A stretch of 63,782 bases of DNA, filler included, from Klebsormidium nitens (lineage: Eukaryota > Plantae > Klebsormidiophyceae), in assembly GCA_000708835.1 (NCBI GenBank). It is 7 parts of 7 records of this genome, joined end to end, with 100 filler letters (N's around TTAATTAATTAA, not from the genome) between each part and the next. Parts side by side here need not be neighbours in the genome. Positions count along the whole stretch, not along the records: positions 38,784 to 52,980 come from DF237549.1; positions 53,081 to 59,326 come from DF238369.1; 5 more parts are not named here. One strand, written 5' to 3'. A program made the translations under genes and the position numbers. The notes beneath the pieces were generated by a model. It was given only the letters and a program-made list of their open reading frames with translations. It searched no databases and was not told the origin of the DNA. Each line of letters begins with the position of its first letter. The first letter of the stretch is position 1. Positions 47,076-59,326 of the stretch are shown here, in pieces.

Positions 47076-47453
47076 GGCGTGACAGTCAGAGGCTACTGAG
47101 GTGCCGGGCGAGATCTGGAAAGCAGAGAGTGCTTGTGTGTGTGATCTGGGAACAGTGTATTTTAGTAGAGGCGAAATAGGCTTTGCGAAACCTTCGAGAA
47201 AGTGGCCTCAGAGAAGAGATGGTCCGCATTCCGAAGGAGAAGAGACAATAGGAGGCGAAAGTGATCCAAAGCAGATTGTCGATGATCATAAAGAGAGCAG
47301 TAGTCGCCTGGCTATGCAGCCCGCGCCATCATGCATCAGCAGTTACTGAGTGCGGGACTCGACCACGGAACAGTGTCTCTGACAAGCCAAGATGCTGGTA
47401 CGTACCATAAGTGTTTGTTCGAGTTACGATGCAAGTAGAGGTAGCGGTGCACC

Positions 47454-47513
47454 GCCCACAGGAAGTAAAGTAGCCCATTGCAAGCCCACAGGAAATAAAG
47501 TAGCCCATTGCAA
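47454..47513. repeat. 30-bp tandem duplication
   Basis: GCCCACAGGAAGTAAAGTAGCCCATTGCAA twice, with one mismatch. Confidence 0.9.
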
Positions 47514-48751
47514 AACATGCAGTGCGTTCAAATCGTCAAAGACGGTCGAGATCATTTCTGTCGATAATATACCTTGATATGTAGAGGACATTGATTTCAC
47601 AACGCAGCGTGCACACACGGTCGCTCGGCCATGATCTTGCACACGTGCAGTGCTGGCGTTCTTTCAAAGGTTGCTGAGCTAGATCAAGTCCGTGGCCTGA
47701 GGCCAGTTTCAATGCCAGAATATGAGTCATGGAAAGTCTTTCACATGCGATCGAAACCAACAGGCTGCCAGAATTAAATGCGGACATGGCACAAACCACG
47801 TTTGAAGTCTAGTATCATGAGTAGGAGTCATTGGCGGGTTAGCTATGCCGATCGGGCTAGCTATCATATGACGAGGCCACGATGCTACAGTCATTGAGTC
47901 ACGATGATTGGCCCACGCCGCGCAGATTAGGCCGGCACAGTTAGATATAACAGTCCAATTTTAGTGACACTGTTCGTGTCCCCGACGGTGTCAGACCATG
48001 TACATTCAATGTTGACACCGTTCTAACCGAGTCCAACGAGCCTGCTCGACGATCGAAGATCTGACTTGGCTCACTCGTTTATCTCCGACTTGAAATACTC
48101 TGAATCTCCGGCGTACGTATCCAGTACTCTTGACTTGGGCCATACGTAAGCAACAGTAAGAGGCTGGATTTCGCACACCGGACCGACTTCCTGTCACTAG
48201 CTCGTCACCGTACGCAATTCAGGATGCATACTTGGCTACACATTGACTCACACTTCACATAGCCCGCATGAACTTCGGAAGATGGCTACTAATGGTGAGT
48301 CCGACTAGGTGTCCTAATTCCAGCTACTAAGCGGATTACTACGGCCTTCGAGGAAAGCTCTAGAAAGCCTCTAGCTGTGTACGCTTAGTGTACTAAGCGT
48401 ACGGTAGATTTACGCCCCAATTACAATTATTAGCTGCTAGATCACGGAATCCAGAGTCTTTGTACAACATCAGCACTGGTGGTCTGGTGGCAAGAACCTT
48501 GATGGCAAAGCTTTGATTGGACCTGGTTGAGTTCCGGACGACTCTACTTGATATCACCACAGACAGCCTCTTGATGACTCCACCTAGCCTTCGTGTTGCA
48601 TTTATAAGATGGACTAAAAACAAACCTAGATTGAAGCTACAAAACCGCCAGCTTACAATACTACGTAAACTTGGCACCAACTTTGCCCACGTCACCTTTT
48701 GACCGTATTATTTACCAGAAGACCCTTTCAAACTCGGCAATCTGGAGACAA

Positions 48752-51700
48752 CTAGAAGTGCTCCTGATGGAAATCGAAGGAGGTGCTACCCGCCGTCGCA
48801 CTATGCTTAATGCATAGATTCTGAAGAGCGGCAGCAACGAGCTTTGCGCCGCAGAAGAAGACGCCTGCAAGAAGAATGGGTGCCGGCGCCGGGTTAACTT
48901 CAATCGATGAGGGGTCGGACCGAAGGCATGGAGTTTGTTTCAAAGTTGTTGAAAGCTCCAAATTCCACAACATTCTTTTCGTCGGTGTCGAACGATCCGG
49001 CTACAAGCTCAAAGAACGAATCATGGGGTTGCCGGATCCCCCATGGTCGCCCCGTTAGAAGTCAACCCGTTGTAAGCTCCCGAAGGGACCTGGTATCTGG
49101 AAAACCGTACTCCCTGAGTGGATCAACGATAAGCTTATAGATGCTAAGCTGATGAATGCATCGAACTTCTTCTTCCAACCCCATTTGGCGCTCACTGTAG
49201 CTTGGACTCAAATCAGTCGGCTTCGAATGAAAACATTTGTTGTAGTGGATTCGTGGTTCCTTTGACGTCGACTTCGTGAGTGGAGCAGAAAGGACAAGCA
49301 GGCGTCCCCCTCGAATGACCTCCTCATTGGCGATGAAAGGTCCTCTCATTCTGAACGCTTTAAATCAGTCGTGCACACCTTCTTATCCGCTAGAAGCATC
49401 CTGTCTTCTGATTCATATCTTTTGGACACGTTTTCAACTGCTAGCTTTCAATGACGTCACACACTGAGGCTGTGAAAACCCGCTCACCTATTTTGGTGTC
49501 TGGATGCGCAGCCTTTGTCTGCTCCAGGATGTAGTCGAAGTCTGGCCGGCCCTTGTGACTTGCAAACTGCAGCGGCAGAAAATTGACGTCAGAAAACGAT
49601 ATGATTCTATAACCGAGGGCCCCCTGATCATGTTCAACAGCTGCAAATGCTTGTGTTTCTTCAGCATTACCTGCATATCTTGGAAGCTCCCGTCAAGTCA
49701 AAAAACTGACGCTGCAAAACGAGCGTTTGGCCGCGCTGCTGCTACGGCCTTATCGTACAGTACGAGTAAAGACAAAAGAAACAAATACCAAGACAATGCC
49801 ACACCGAGTCCAATGTAAACTCCCCAAGTTGATGAATCGACCGCTTCTGAAGAGTGTATAGTTGGGTCGTAGAAAAGCCTGCAACAGCCAAACCAGGCGC
49901 ACCATCGCAAATCACGCGACTTTCATACCGACTGGTTCGGAACGGTATCGATGAAAACCAGGCGACAGACCAAACCAAGCAGACTCAACCTCTACTGGCT
50001 CTTAGAGAACAATGAAGCAAGCTTCTAGAAAGGCAGCGAGGGCCGTACCAGCACTTCCGTGTTCTTCTGCTGCTTCTGCAACCGGGCGATGCTCTCGATC
50101 CGGGAGAAGCTCGTCAGACTGAACGTCTCCGCCTCTTCGCGCTCGGGCTGGTCGAAGACAGCGTCCATCACACGTTCCAAGCGAGTGGAGGCCCGCCTCA
50201 AAAGAGTGGGCCGGGCCACGCCAGTGCTGACGTCATGCGCCGTCTTTATCACGTCGCCCTCCGCCACGTCATCCGGGACCAACGGCCAGCCGTCGTCCCC
50301 CATGCGCAGCTGCTTGCCCGACAGGATGCGGTCCAACCGGTTGTGAAAGGACGGGTTCGAACTCGACGTCAGCCGGTTGAGCGGGAATGGTTCTGCCCAT
50401 TGGTCGGCTTCGGGGTTGCTGGGGGGGGGTGCTTTTCCCTGGTTGGAGCTCATTCGCTGAAGCTCCTGGGTGAAACTCAGGGAGGGGGTTCGGACGAGCG
50501 ACTTGCTGGCGAACCAGGTCGAGTTGGGGTGGTTGGCCCTGCTCGGGACGTGCCGCAGAGTTTTGCTCCGCAGCGAATCGTGGATGTTGAGGTCCAGGCT
50601 CCCGTCCTGTTCGGGGAAAAACCGGAAAGCGTGTCAGAAATCCCTTCCTGGTACTGCAGCCAAGACTTCAGGACAGCTGTGAACAGGAGCGGAAACCGCA
50701 GGAAAAAGCAAAAGTGGTTCTGGCAGCTGTAGGCTCAAAGTCTTATCAAGATGATCTGTTGCTGCGCCTACCTACATATTGACTCAAGGCACAGGAGCAC
50801 TCATTTCTGCCAATAACGGCAGGTTGTATCTTGAGAGCTAGCGCCCGCTTGATATATACCAAACTGATTCCAGACTGCCCCAGTACTAGACCAAGACCAT
50901 CGACGAGAGCAAGACACGTAAAGAAGATCGAAGCCTATTGCAGGTCCCGGATCAGCACGTAAACGAAACAAGACTTGTCTTTATCAGCAATCTGCAGTGA
51001 ATACAAAGCAGGAGCATGATTCCGGTCAGACGTGGTCTGACGTCATCCTTCGAGAGGAGAAGATCAACTCCATGCATTCCGTGAGAGTTCACGGGACTTC
51101 AATCACGGAAGCGAACCCTGTTCTGATCATTGTGCGCGGTAAAAAGCTGCCACAAAGGAAGGCGTGGTGGACGCTCCAACAAGCCCTCAAACGGTGCGAG
51201 ATTCTCAAGGCCAGTACTGCAGAGAAGACTGCCAAGAGGGTAGTAAGCAAACTGCTGATCTTTTGAAACGAGTGGAGAACGGTTCGCTCGTCACCTGATC
51301 GTCAAAGTCTGCGACGTGTTGCGTCAGCCAGTCGAAGGTCCGCTTGTCCCGGGTGGTCCAGTGAAGGTACACTTTCTCCACTTCAGTCAGCTTATCGACC
51401 CGCTTCTGTTCCAAGTTCACCTGCGTTCGTGCGTAGCAACTATTTACCATTTGGTTCCGACTGACTGTAGCCAAAGGAGCTCTGTAAAGACGTTTGGCCT
51501 ATCCTCAACCGCACTCTGAAACAAAATGGGGGCCGGGCTCACACCATCTGACAGCCCCAACGCATTCCAGGCGCTAAAGTAAAGGAGTGCCAAAAAGGAG
51601 CTCCCTTGGCTCCCATGTCAAGCTTCATGGTCAAATCCGTCTGGTTTTCGCCCATCAAGATTCTCCTGGTAGAGAATTTTGTTGAAGAGTCTCCTTAGTG

Positions 51701-52980
51701 AGTTTCAGTCGCATCCTAAAATCTGGTTTAAGGAAAGCGGCACTACTAGGCCAATGCATCTTCAACCAACACTTGAGAACCCGAAAGGTGATAAACGAAG
51801 AGCTTGCGTGATTTCAAACCACGTGGAAGACCCACTTTCTAAGAAAGACAAGTCGTGAATTATAGTCGAGTCGTATTCAAAGGGCCTATTAAAGTCCAAC
51901 TGGCCAGGAGAGTCTGAGAAAAGACTAGGGGAGCAGACGGGTGGCTTACGTCATCCCTGGCCTTGATGCTGTGAAGAAGGTCCCTGAGGATGCTGGCGAA
52001 AGGGGTCAGCCCGATGCCGGTCCCAATCAGAACCACGACTTTGTACTTGTAAAAGTCTTGGGCAGGAGCTCCGAAGGGACCGTCCAGTCTCAGGGCCGGG
52101 AACCGTAGGCGGAAAGTCATTCCCCGCTCTAGTTTGCCCGGCCGAGAAGCCGGATCAAAGCCCCCGGGAACAAGGTCGTCGACGGACATGGCCGGCGGTG
52201 CATCGGAGTCGACCTCGATGGTCTTGTGACTGGGAGGAGGGTCGGCAGGGGAATTCATGGCTTCGTCGAGGCGCTGTACAAGAAAAAATGTGCGTTAGCA
52301 AAAGTCGCGCGGATGGTGCCAGGCCCTGGACTGTCATTGGTCTTACGGAATGCAAACTAGAATTGTGAATGGGGTTATCCAGTGAGCTCAGGATGATGTC
52401 GTGTACTTCCTCAACAGAAACTGGGCAGTTCAGGGTTGCCAACAAAACCCATTGGTTGGTCTGAAAGATGGGTCGATCTAAAGGACGCCTCCGACTTTTT
52501 GGGCTGAGGTCGGCTCTCAAATGATGTAATCACGCGTTTGTGAGTGCAGACAGTACATTCAGCACACGTCATTCATACAATGTCAGTCCCTGGCAGACAG
52601 GTCCGGAAGTCCAGTCAGCTTCAGAGCATTGAGACGCTGCTTAGACAAACATTCCAAATTGACCAGATCCAATGTGGATTCTTCTTACAAGAAATAGGGC
52701 CTTGCGGTTTTGCTGAGGTTTAGAACCGCCCAAGAAGTCAGAGAGGGCAGAGCTTCTGAGAGGATTGAGAAGCGTTTGATTCATACAATAATCCTTACAG
52801 GCACCAGTTCGTCAGCAAGAAATATAAACGAGATTGTAAATGAGCAACATCTGACGCATCTCAATCCAATTTATCCCGGGTCCGTGCAGACCGTTCACAC
52901 CGTTGGGTTTTTCAGCTTACCTTCTTGAACGTGTCGAAGAATGCCTTCGTCCAGTCTCCGCTTACTTTGATGTGCACGCT
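48752..52980 (-). CDS. RBOH: Respiratory burst oxidase homolog (NADPH oxidase), C-terminal FAD/NADPH-binding exons, 5' part beyond the gap
   Basis: Exons: [11 protein letters not shown] (52921-52980); [13 protein letters not shown]...[15 protein letters not shown] (51950-52273); [10 protein letters not shown]...FDWL (51295-51420); long exon from 50606; [10 protein letters not shown]...HPDTKIG; GVFFCG...FDFHQEHF* (ends 48752). Confidence 0.9.
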
Positions 52981-53080
52981 NNNNNNNNNNNNNNNNNNNN
53001 NNNNNNNNNNNNNNNNNNNNNNNNTTAATTAATTAANNNNNNNNNNNNNNNNNNNNNNNNNNNNNNNNNNNNNNNNNNNN

Positions 53081-53767
53081 GCCGAGCCGCTTCTTGCATC
53101 TCACATCCGTCGCCTGGCTGACTTCTGGCATCTTTCCCCGACTGCAAATCTACACTCCTTGATGAAGCTCACTGCCGTGACGGTCTCGTACGCCGGTTTC
53201 TTCCGTTTTTCCGATCTGATTCGCATCCAGTGGCACGAGATCCGCTTCCTCCCTTCCCACATGGAGCTTTTCCTGGAAAAGTCCAAGAACGACCAGTATC
53301 GAGAGGGCCGTTGGGTTCTGGTGTCTCGCGTCGGCGGTCCCTACTGCCCGGTCGCTCTCGTCGAGAAGCTTCTCGCTGTCGAAAACTACTCGCTGTTCGG
53401 CCCGGATGGGCTCATCAGAAATGTCACCATTTCTCCTCCTCGCCAGCCTCATCTCAGGTGCGACCAGCCGTGCTATAGCACGGTCCTCGGGTGGTTCAAG
53501 GAGGGCGTCAAGTTGCTCAACCTGAACCCTGACGATTACGGCACGCACTCGGGGCGCCGCGGCGGAGCGACGCGCACCGCGAACACCGATGTCCCTGATC
53601 GCCTCTTCAAGGAGCACGGCGGCTGGCGCTCGGAGCGGGCGAAAGACGGCTACGTCGTCTCTCGACTTCAGGCACGTCTTTCGGTAACTCAAAACCCAGG
53701 CTTACAGCCTGGGGTGTCCCTGTCTGAGTTAGAGGAGTTTGAGCGCGCAGCACGTTTCGACGCCTAG
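53081..53767 (+). mobile_element. Tyrosine recombinase of a DIRS/Ngaro-type retrotransposon (3' part; remainder in the gap)
   Basis: YAGFFRFSDL, LEKSKNDQYREG, CPV, YGTHSGRRGGAT, GGWRSERAKDGY. Confidence 0.85.
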
Positions 53768-54612
53768 CCCGAACTTTCTCTGCCTCTGACTTCTGTGCAC
53801 ATCCACGCCCGCACTTGCCTAGCAATCTGCGTTCGTCATTCGTGTGCACTCATGCAATCTGCCTGCGGCATATAGCAACAAGAGAATTGTAGATTCTCGG
53901 CGTTTGTAATTAGCCGAGAATCGCGGTTCTCTTGGCGCGAACCGTGCCGCGGCCGCGGCGCCGCGGAGCGGCGCGTCTTGCTCCTTCAAAGCTTTATAAG
54001 CGCACGAAGCTGCTCGTTTCATTCAATCTGCTTCGTGCATGCTTCACAGACACGCTACTAAGCAATTGCGCAAAATTCCCGCCCTCCCGCGCCGTTCTGC
54101 TGCCTGCATTCCGTTCTCGCAGTTCCGGCGTTCCGTCGTCGCTTGCCGCGGTCCCGCCCGCGCCTCGCCGATTGGTGCCGACTACCTCGCGGCCGCCTGC
54201 GCGCTCGAGTCCGCTGCGCCCAACCGAAGCGGGTGACCTTTTTCCCGACCACCTATGGCGTGGCCTGGCGGCAAGCAGCCCGACCCGGTGGAGGGTTTTT
54301 TAATGGCCCCGTTTTGGCTGGGGGTAGTTCCTCATTAGACAGCCGTTTTGGCACGGGGTAGTCGGCACCAGATCGCAGAGTAGTTAGTTCCCTTCGTATA
54401 CAGTAGTTTTTGCGCTAGCAATTAGCAGCCCGACATTAGGCCCACGGCGTAGTTAGTAACTCTTCGTTCGCAGTTCGGGACGGGTGTCCCCTGTGCGGCG
54501 GTTGCCAACCGCTGCATAGTTTCGTACTTGTCACGACCGAGTTCAGATAGGCTAGGAGCTAGCCATTGATATAAACTGAACTCGGCACTCTTAACACTAG
54601 AACCGTAAGTAA

Positions 54613-55519
54613 ATGCTCACTTTAGTGAGCATCTGCATTCAAGCTTCGGACATCATTTCTGTGTTGGTTTTTTGACTTTTTGATGCAAAACAAGTTATGG
54701 CATTGCAAAACATCATGTTTTGGACTAAAACCGCTCTTGAAACTGAAGAAACTCGAAAACGACCTTCAATGGGGAAGTCAATATAGAAGATTAGTCGGAC
54801 AAATATAGTGTCATTTTTACCAGGAGAATTAAGTGCTCACTAAAGTGAGCACTTGTGGTTTTGTTGTTTTGGGGGGTCAGATGAAGAAATTTCTCAAACC
54901 CACTTGGTACATGGTCAACCCAGACCCTATGGGTCATAACTACCCCCTCAACGGGTTAGGTTAAGTTCTTAACCCAAGATCTACAAACCCCATTTGTCAA
55001 TTCTGACCCTTTTGAAACATAGGGACTTGGGTACACAAATTGTGTTGAATCGAGTTGGACAGCGTAGCCTGATGGTTCTTGAGGGTTGGTTTGGCTCTTA
55101 CCGAAATACCATACCCAAACTCTTTGAATAACTCACATTATGTAGCAGCTGCTAACCAGCTTATTTGACCTGGATAAAACTGGTGGATTTGCATGCATCC
55201 AAGATCCCCCCAACATGTCGAAGTTCTGTAGAAGTGGATTTCTGGGGTCTTTAGGGTGCCTTGGACACACAAACGTCAAAAAATGTCAAGGAAAGTCTGT
55301 TTACCTAGTCAGAATCGTATTGCTTTGCTCTTTAACACTGTTTCAGGAATAAGGAGGTTTATAGGATAAATGCTTCCGGAAATTGCGCGGATTCTTCCAT
55401 TTTTGGTGTCTTGGGTCCCTTATAGGTACATAAGTCCACTTATGCCTTGAAAACTTTCCATCATATATATTGACCATAATAAGCGGTGACTTTCAATAAG
55501 TGCTCACTAAAGTGAGCAT
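54613..55519. mobile_element. Putative non-autonomous TIR element with self-palindromic 19-bp ends
   Basis: ATGCTCACTTTAGTGAGCA (54613-54631) is the reverse complement of 55501-55519. A third copy lies at ~54834-54852. AT-rich, non-coding interior. No TSD found. Confidence 0.55.
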
Positions 55520-56015
55520 GTTCACTAAAGCACTCACAATCTGATCAGGAGGTAGGGAGCAACTGAGCAAGGGCGCTTCTGGTTGCTTAGGGCGACAGGA
55601 AGGATGGTGGTTTCCTTTGAGGCTTGAGCACAGGAGGGCACCCTGTTGCTGACGTTGCCTCTTCCAATATGTTCTGAACAAGATGGTGCAAGAGGACTGC
55701 AGTCTCTGTGGTTAACTCTGCTGGATTTTATATCTAGCAATAAGCCGCCATTCTGGAGTTTTCAAATCCCTTATTCAATATTCAACGTTGCTGTTTCAAG
55801 GCAGTCTCTGAACGTCACAATGTCCGCTCCTCTCACTGCAACAATAGGTTTACAGAAAAATATCAAGAAGACCTCTTCAAGAGAGGGGCTCAGGTCCAGT
55901 CGCTCCGCAGATGGTAACGACGAGGCCGTAACCAGTAAACCCAAGGAGAGCCCCCTTAGAGGTAGAGTACACAGACGATACTCTGGATGATCTCTTAGAA
56001 GAGGAAGATGGCAGC

Positions 56016-57011
56016 ATGTTCTGGTGCTATGTACTATATCCTGCCGCCCAAGCTGATCTTAGGCACCAGATTATAGCCCAAGTCCACCATATGATCAAGT
56101 CTGATCCAGCTTTCTCAGCAGACTGCATCAGTTTGGTAGAGTTTGATACCCCAGCCCCTGACAACCCTTCACTCCATAGAGTTTATGCTGCTTTCTCTCG
56201 GGAAGAGCATCTTGCAATCTTCCAGAGCAAAAAGACTGTAGATATTCTTGTCAACGGGGTCAAGAACATCTTCCAAATCTCTCAGCCAGGCATTGACTGG
56301 GCCAAGAGTTCAGAGTCGGGCGTGATCCGTGTTTAGCTTAAGAAGCTTCCGAAGAGCTTGGGGCCGGGGGATATCCTGCGAGCTCTTGATTCGAAGACGT
56401 TTGGGACTCCCAGGCCTTTGGTGAAGCAGGCCAGCAATGCGCGCTTCATGACGCACAAGGGTGGTGTGGTTCCTCGCGCCATGCTTGTTGCTGATGTGGT
56501 CCCTCACGATGAGGACCCTGACTGCAAAGAATTGCTTCCCATTGTCAGGATCCCTGTAGGAAAGGGTGCAAATTCATCTAGAGTTGTAACTCTCATCCTG
56601 GGGTGCAGCAAACACACGTGCGATATCTGTTTGAAAGCGGGGCACCTGGCGGAGGTCCATGAGAAGTTTGCTGACAGAAGCACTGCGGGGAAGAGGAAAG
56701 CCTCTGGCAATCTGATCCACGCAGCCAAGCGGCGGGAAACTGCGCCTCCGTCTACTCTTCTGGCGGGAGTTCTAGAAGATCCTTTCACGGAGTTTGTTGA
56801 GGGGAAAAGTCTGAACCAAGAAGCCTGGCGCTGCAGCGCTTGTGAGGACAAATCTGGCGGGCCTGCTTTCGGGCTCAGTTACACTGGTGCGATCGCACAC
56901 ATTGCCTCGGACAGGCATCTGGAGAAGCTTGCAAAAGGTGAACTCTTCTTTGTTGTGCTTATGACTGTTTTCAGCTTTGAAATCCGCTTCTTACATAACA
57001 ACTTGACATGA
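56016..57011 (+). pseudogene. LINE ORF1 (gag-like) with zinc knuckle and second C2H2-like finger
   Basis: 56016..56336 and 56358..57011 are in the same frame, split by one TAG. CDICLKAGHL-x3-H knuckle; WRCSAC...AHIASDRH. Confidence 0.75.
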
Positions 57012-59326
57012 GGTTTCATAAAGGAAGATGGTGGTCCTCAAAATCTCCTAGCAAAACTGCTTCTAGCGTTCATGAGTTCTCTGCTTTCTCTCTAAATGTG
57101 AATGGCCTTAACAAGTCTTCTAAAAGGAATTGCCTGTCGTCCATGCGAAAGACACATAATTGGTCAGTCCTCTTTTTGTCTGATACACGGATACACACAG
57201 AAAAGGACGTCTTGTTTCTGAACAAGAGCCTCGGATGCAAGTCAAGTTCATGGAGCCTAGGCACTCCTCATGTAGGAGGCACAGCCATACTTTTCTGCCA
57301 AACCGTTCAAATGCTAGCAACTTTTAGTGATCCAAATGGCAACTTCTCACGTGCTGACTTCGTTTGGGAAGGGGAGACCTTTTCTTTTGTAAGCATTTAT
57401 GCGCCTGCAGATCCTAGTAAAAGAAAGAGATTTCTGTCGGAAACATTGGCTACACACTTGCAAAAGCACCCTCTTCAAGAGATATGTGTCTTTGCCGGCG
57501 ATTTCAACTTCGTTGAAAATCCTCAGCTAGATCGCAAGTCAACCACTAATGCGGGAACAACAGGTCTTGATGAATGGCTCGATAGTACGGAGTCCTTTGT
57601 GTTGATAGACTTGTTTCGCAACTATCATCCAATCAAGAAAGCTTACACGTTCAGGTCAGCTGCACATAAGATGGAAACAAGAATCGATCGTTGCTACGTC
57701 AGTCAAGATGCTCTTTCTTTCACAAAGAGCTGTTGTCATGTTCCATTAGCATCTGTCATTTCTGATCACTCAGCTGGAGTTGAGATTCACTTTAGAGGCA
57801 TCAACTCTACTCCAAGAGGGCCATCGTACTGGAAATTGAATGTTTCTCTGATGCGCCGCCCTGGTTTCACCAAGTTAGTGAAACAACTCATTGCTGACTT
57901 TCAGTCCTCTCGTGAAAAGTATCCTGACTACAGTACTTGGTGGGAGATGCTCAAGTTAGCTTTACAATTGAAGCTCAAAGATTATAGCAAACAGCAATCA
58001 GTTCGAAGAAAGAAAACAGTTCTAACAAGGGAATCTCAACTCAAACAGGTGAACCAAAGCCTGTCTGAGTGTCCTGATGATACACATCTGCTTGAGCGAA
58101 AGGTGAGGTTGGATCTTCTGCTTGGAGAATATTATGAGGACATTCATGAAGCAGCTCGTATAAAGTCTGGTCTTAAGCATTTGGTTGACGGCGAGAGACC
58201 GACCAAATATTTTTGTGCATTGGGTAAGCATCGAGGCGAAAAATCGGCGATTAGCAGCCTTATTGTAGAAAAGGATGGTAAGGAAACAAAGTTGACCCAC
58301 ATCGAGGACATACTTGAGGAGGTCTCGTCCTTTTATGCTGATCTGTACTCCTGTAAACTTTCAAACGCCCAAAGAGATCTTGGTTCGAAGTATCTGGGCG
58401 AGACGGTTTCTGAAAGGATTACTGCCAAGCAGAAAGATTTGTGCGACCAGCCAATTTCAGCAGAAGAACTTGGAAAAGCTCTGAAACTTTTGTCGAATAG
58501 CAAGGCTCCTGGTATTGATGGTTTGCCAGTAGAATTTTTCAAGATGTTCTGGAACGAACTAAAGCAAGATTTTTTGCAAGTTCTCAATGAGAGCTTTTTG
58601 AAAGGTTTCTTGCCTGACACAATGCGAATGAGTATTATAACGTTGATTTACAAAAAGAAGTTAAGAGAAAATATTCGTAATTATAGACCAATATCTTTAT
58701 TGTGTGCTGACTATAAAATAATCGCAAAACTCCTTGCAGAACGGATGAAAGTTGCTCTTCCTACCATAATTCATCATGATCAAACCGGATTTATGAAAAA
58801 CCGTTATATAGGGGAAAACATCTCGTTGTTTCTGGATGTTCAGAAACACCTAATTAGTGACTCTAAACCTGGCCTAACTTTTATTGCCGACTGGGAAAAA
58901 GCGTACGATCTTATGGACAGAGGTTTTATAAAGCAGAGTTTGACTCAGTTTGGTTTTGGTGACTACTTCCTGCAATGGTTCTTGGTGCTACACGCACAAT
59001 CTGTTGCTCGTGTAACTATTAATGCTTTCTTATTAGAGCCTTTTGCGGTTGAAAGTGGTGTTAGGCAAGGTTGCCCATGGGCACCTTTTCTGTTTTTATG
59101 CGCAATTGAACCCCTAGCGTGTGCTCTGCGAAGCTCTGATCTGGAAGGCTTGGAGCTGCCAGACGGCAAAAGGGTAATTTACAGTGGTTATGCAGATGAT
59201 ACAACTTTATTTCTCTCAGGAATTGAGGATCTCTCGCAGGCTATCCCCATCTTTAACAAGTACGCTTCCGTTTCTGGCATGAACTTGAATTGTGACGGTT
59301 GGACAGGGTCACACGCTGCCTGTCTA
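57008..59326 (+). CDS. LINE ORF2: AP endonuclease plus reverse transcriptase, uninterrupted up to the gap
   Basis: SLNVNGL, SIYAP, AGDFN, RIDR, SDH (APE); KAPGIDG, YRPISLL, DWEKAYD, GVRQGCP, YADD (RT). Confidence 0.95.

Larger units (their letters stand above)
55820..59326 (+). mobile_element. L1/Tx1-like LINE (ORF1 plus APE-RT ORF2), 3' end in the gap
   Basis: See the ORF1 and ORF2 entries. The 5' limit is approximate. Confidence 0.92.
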
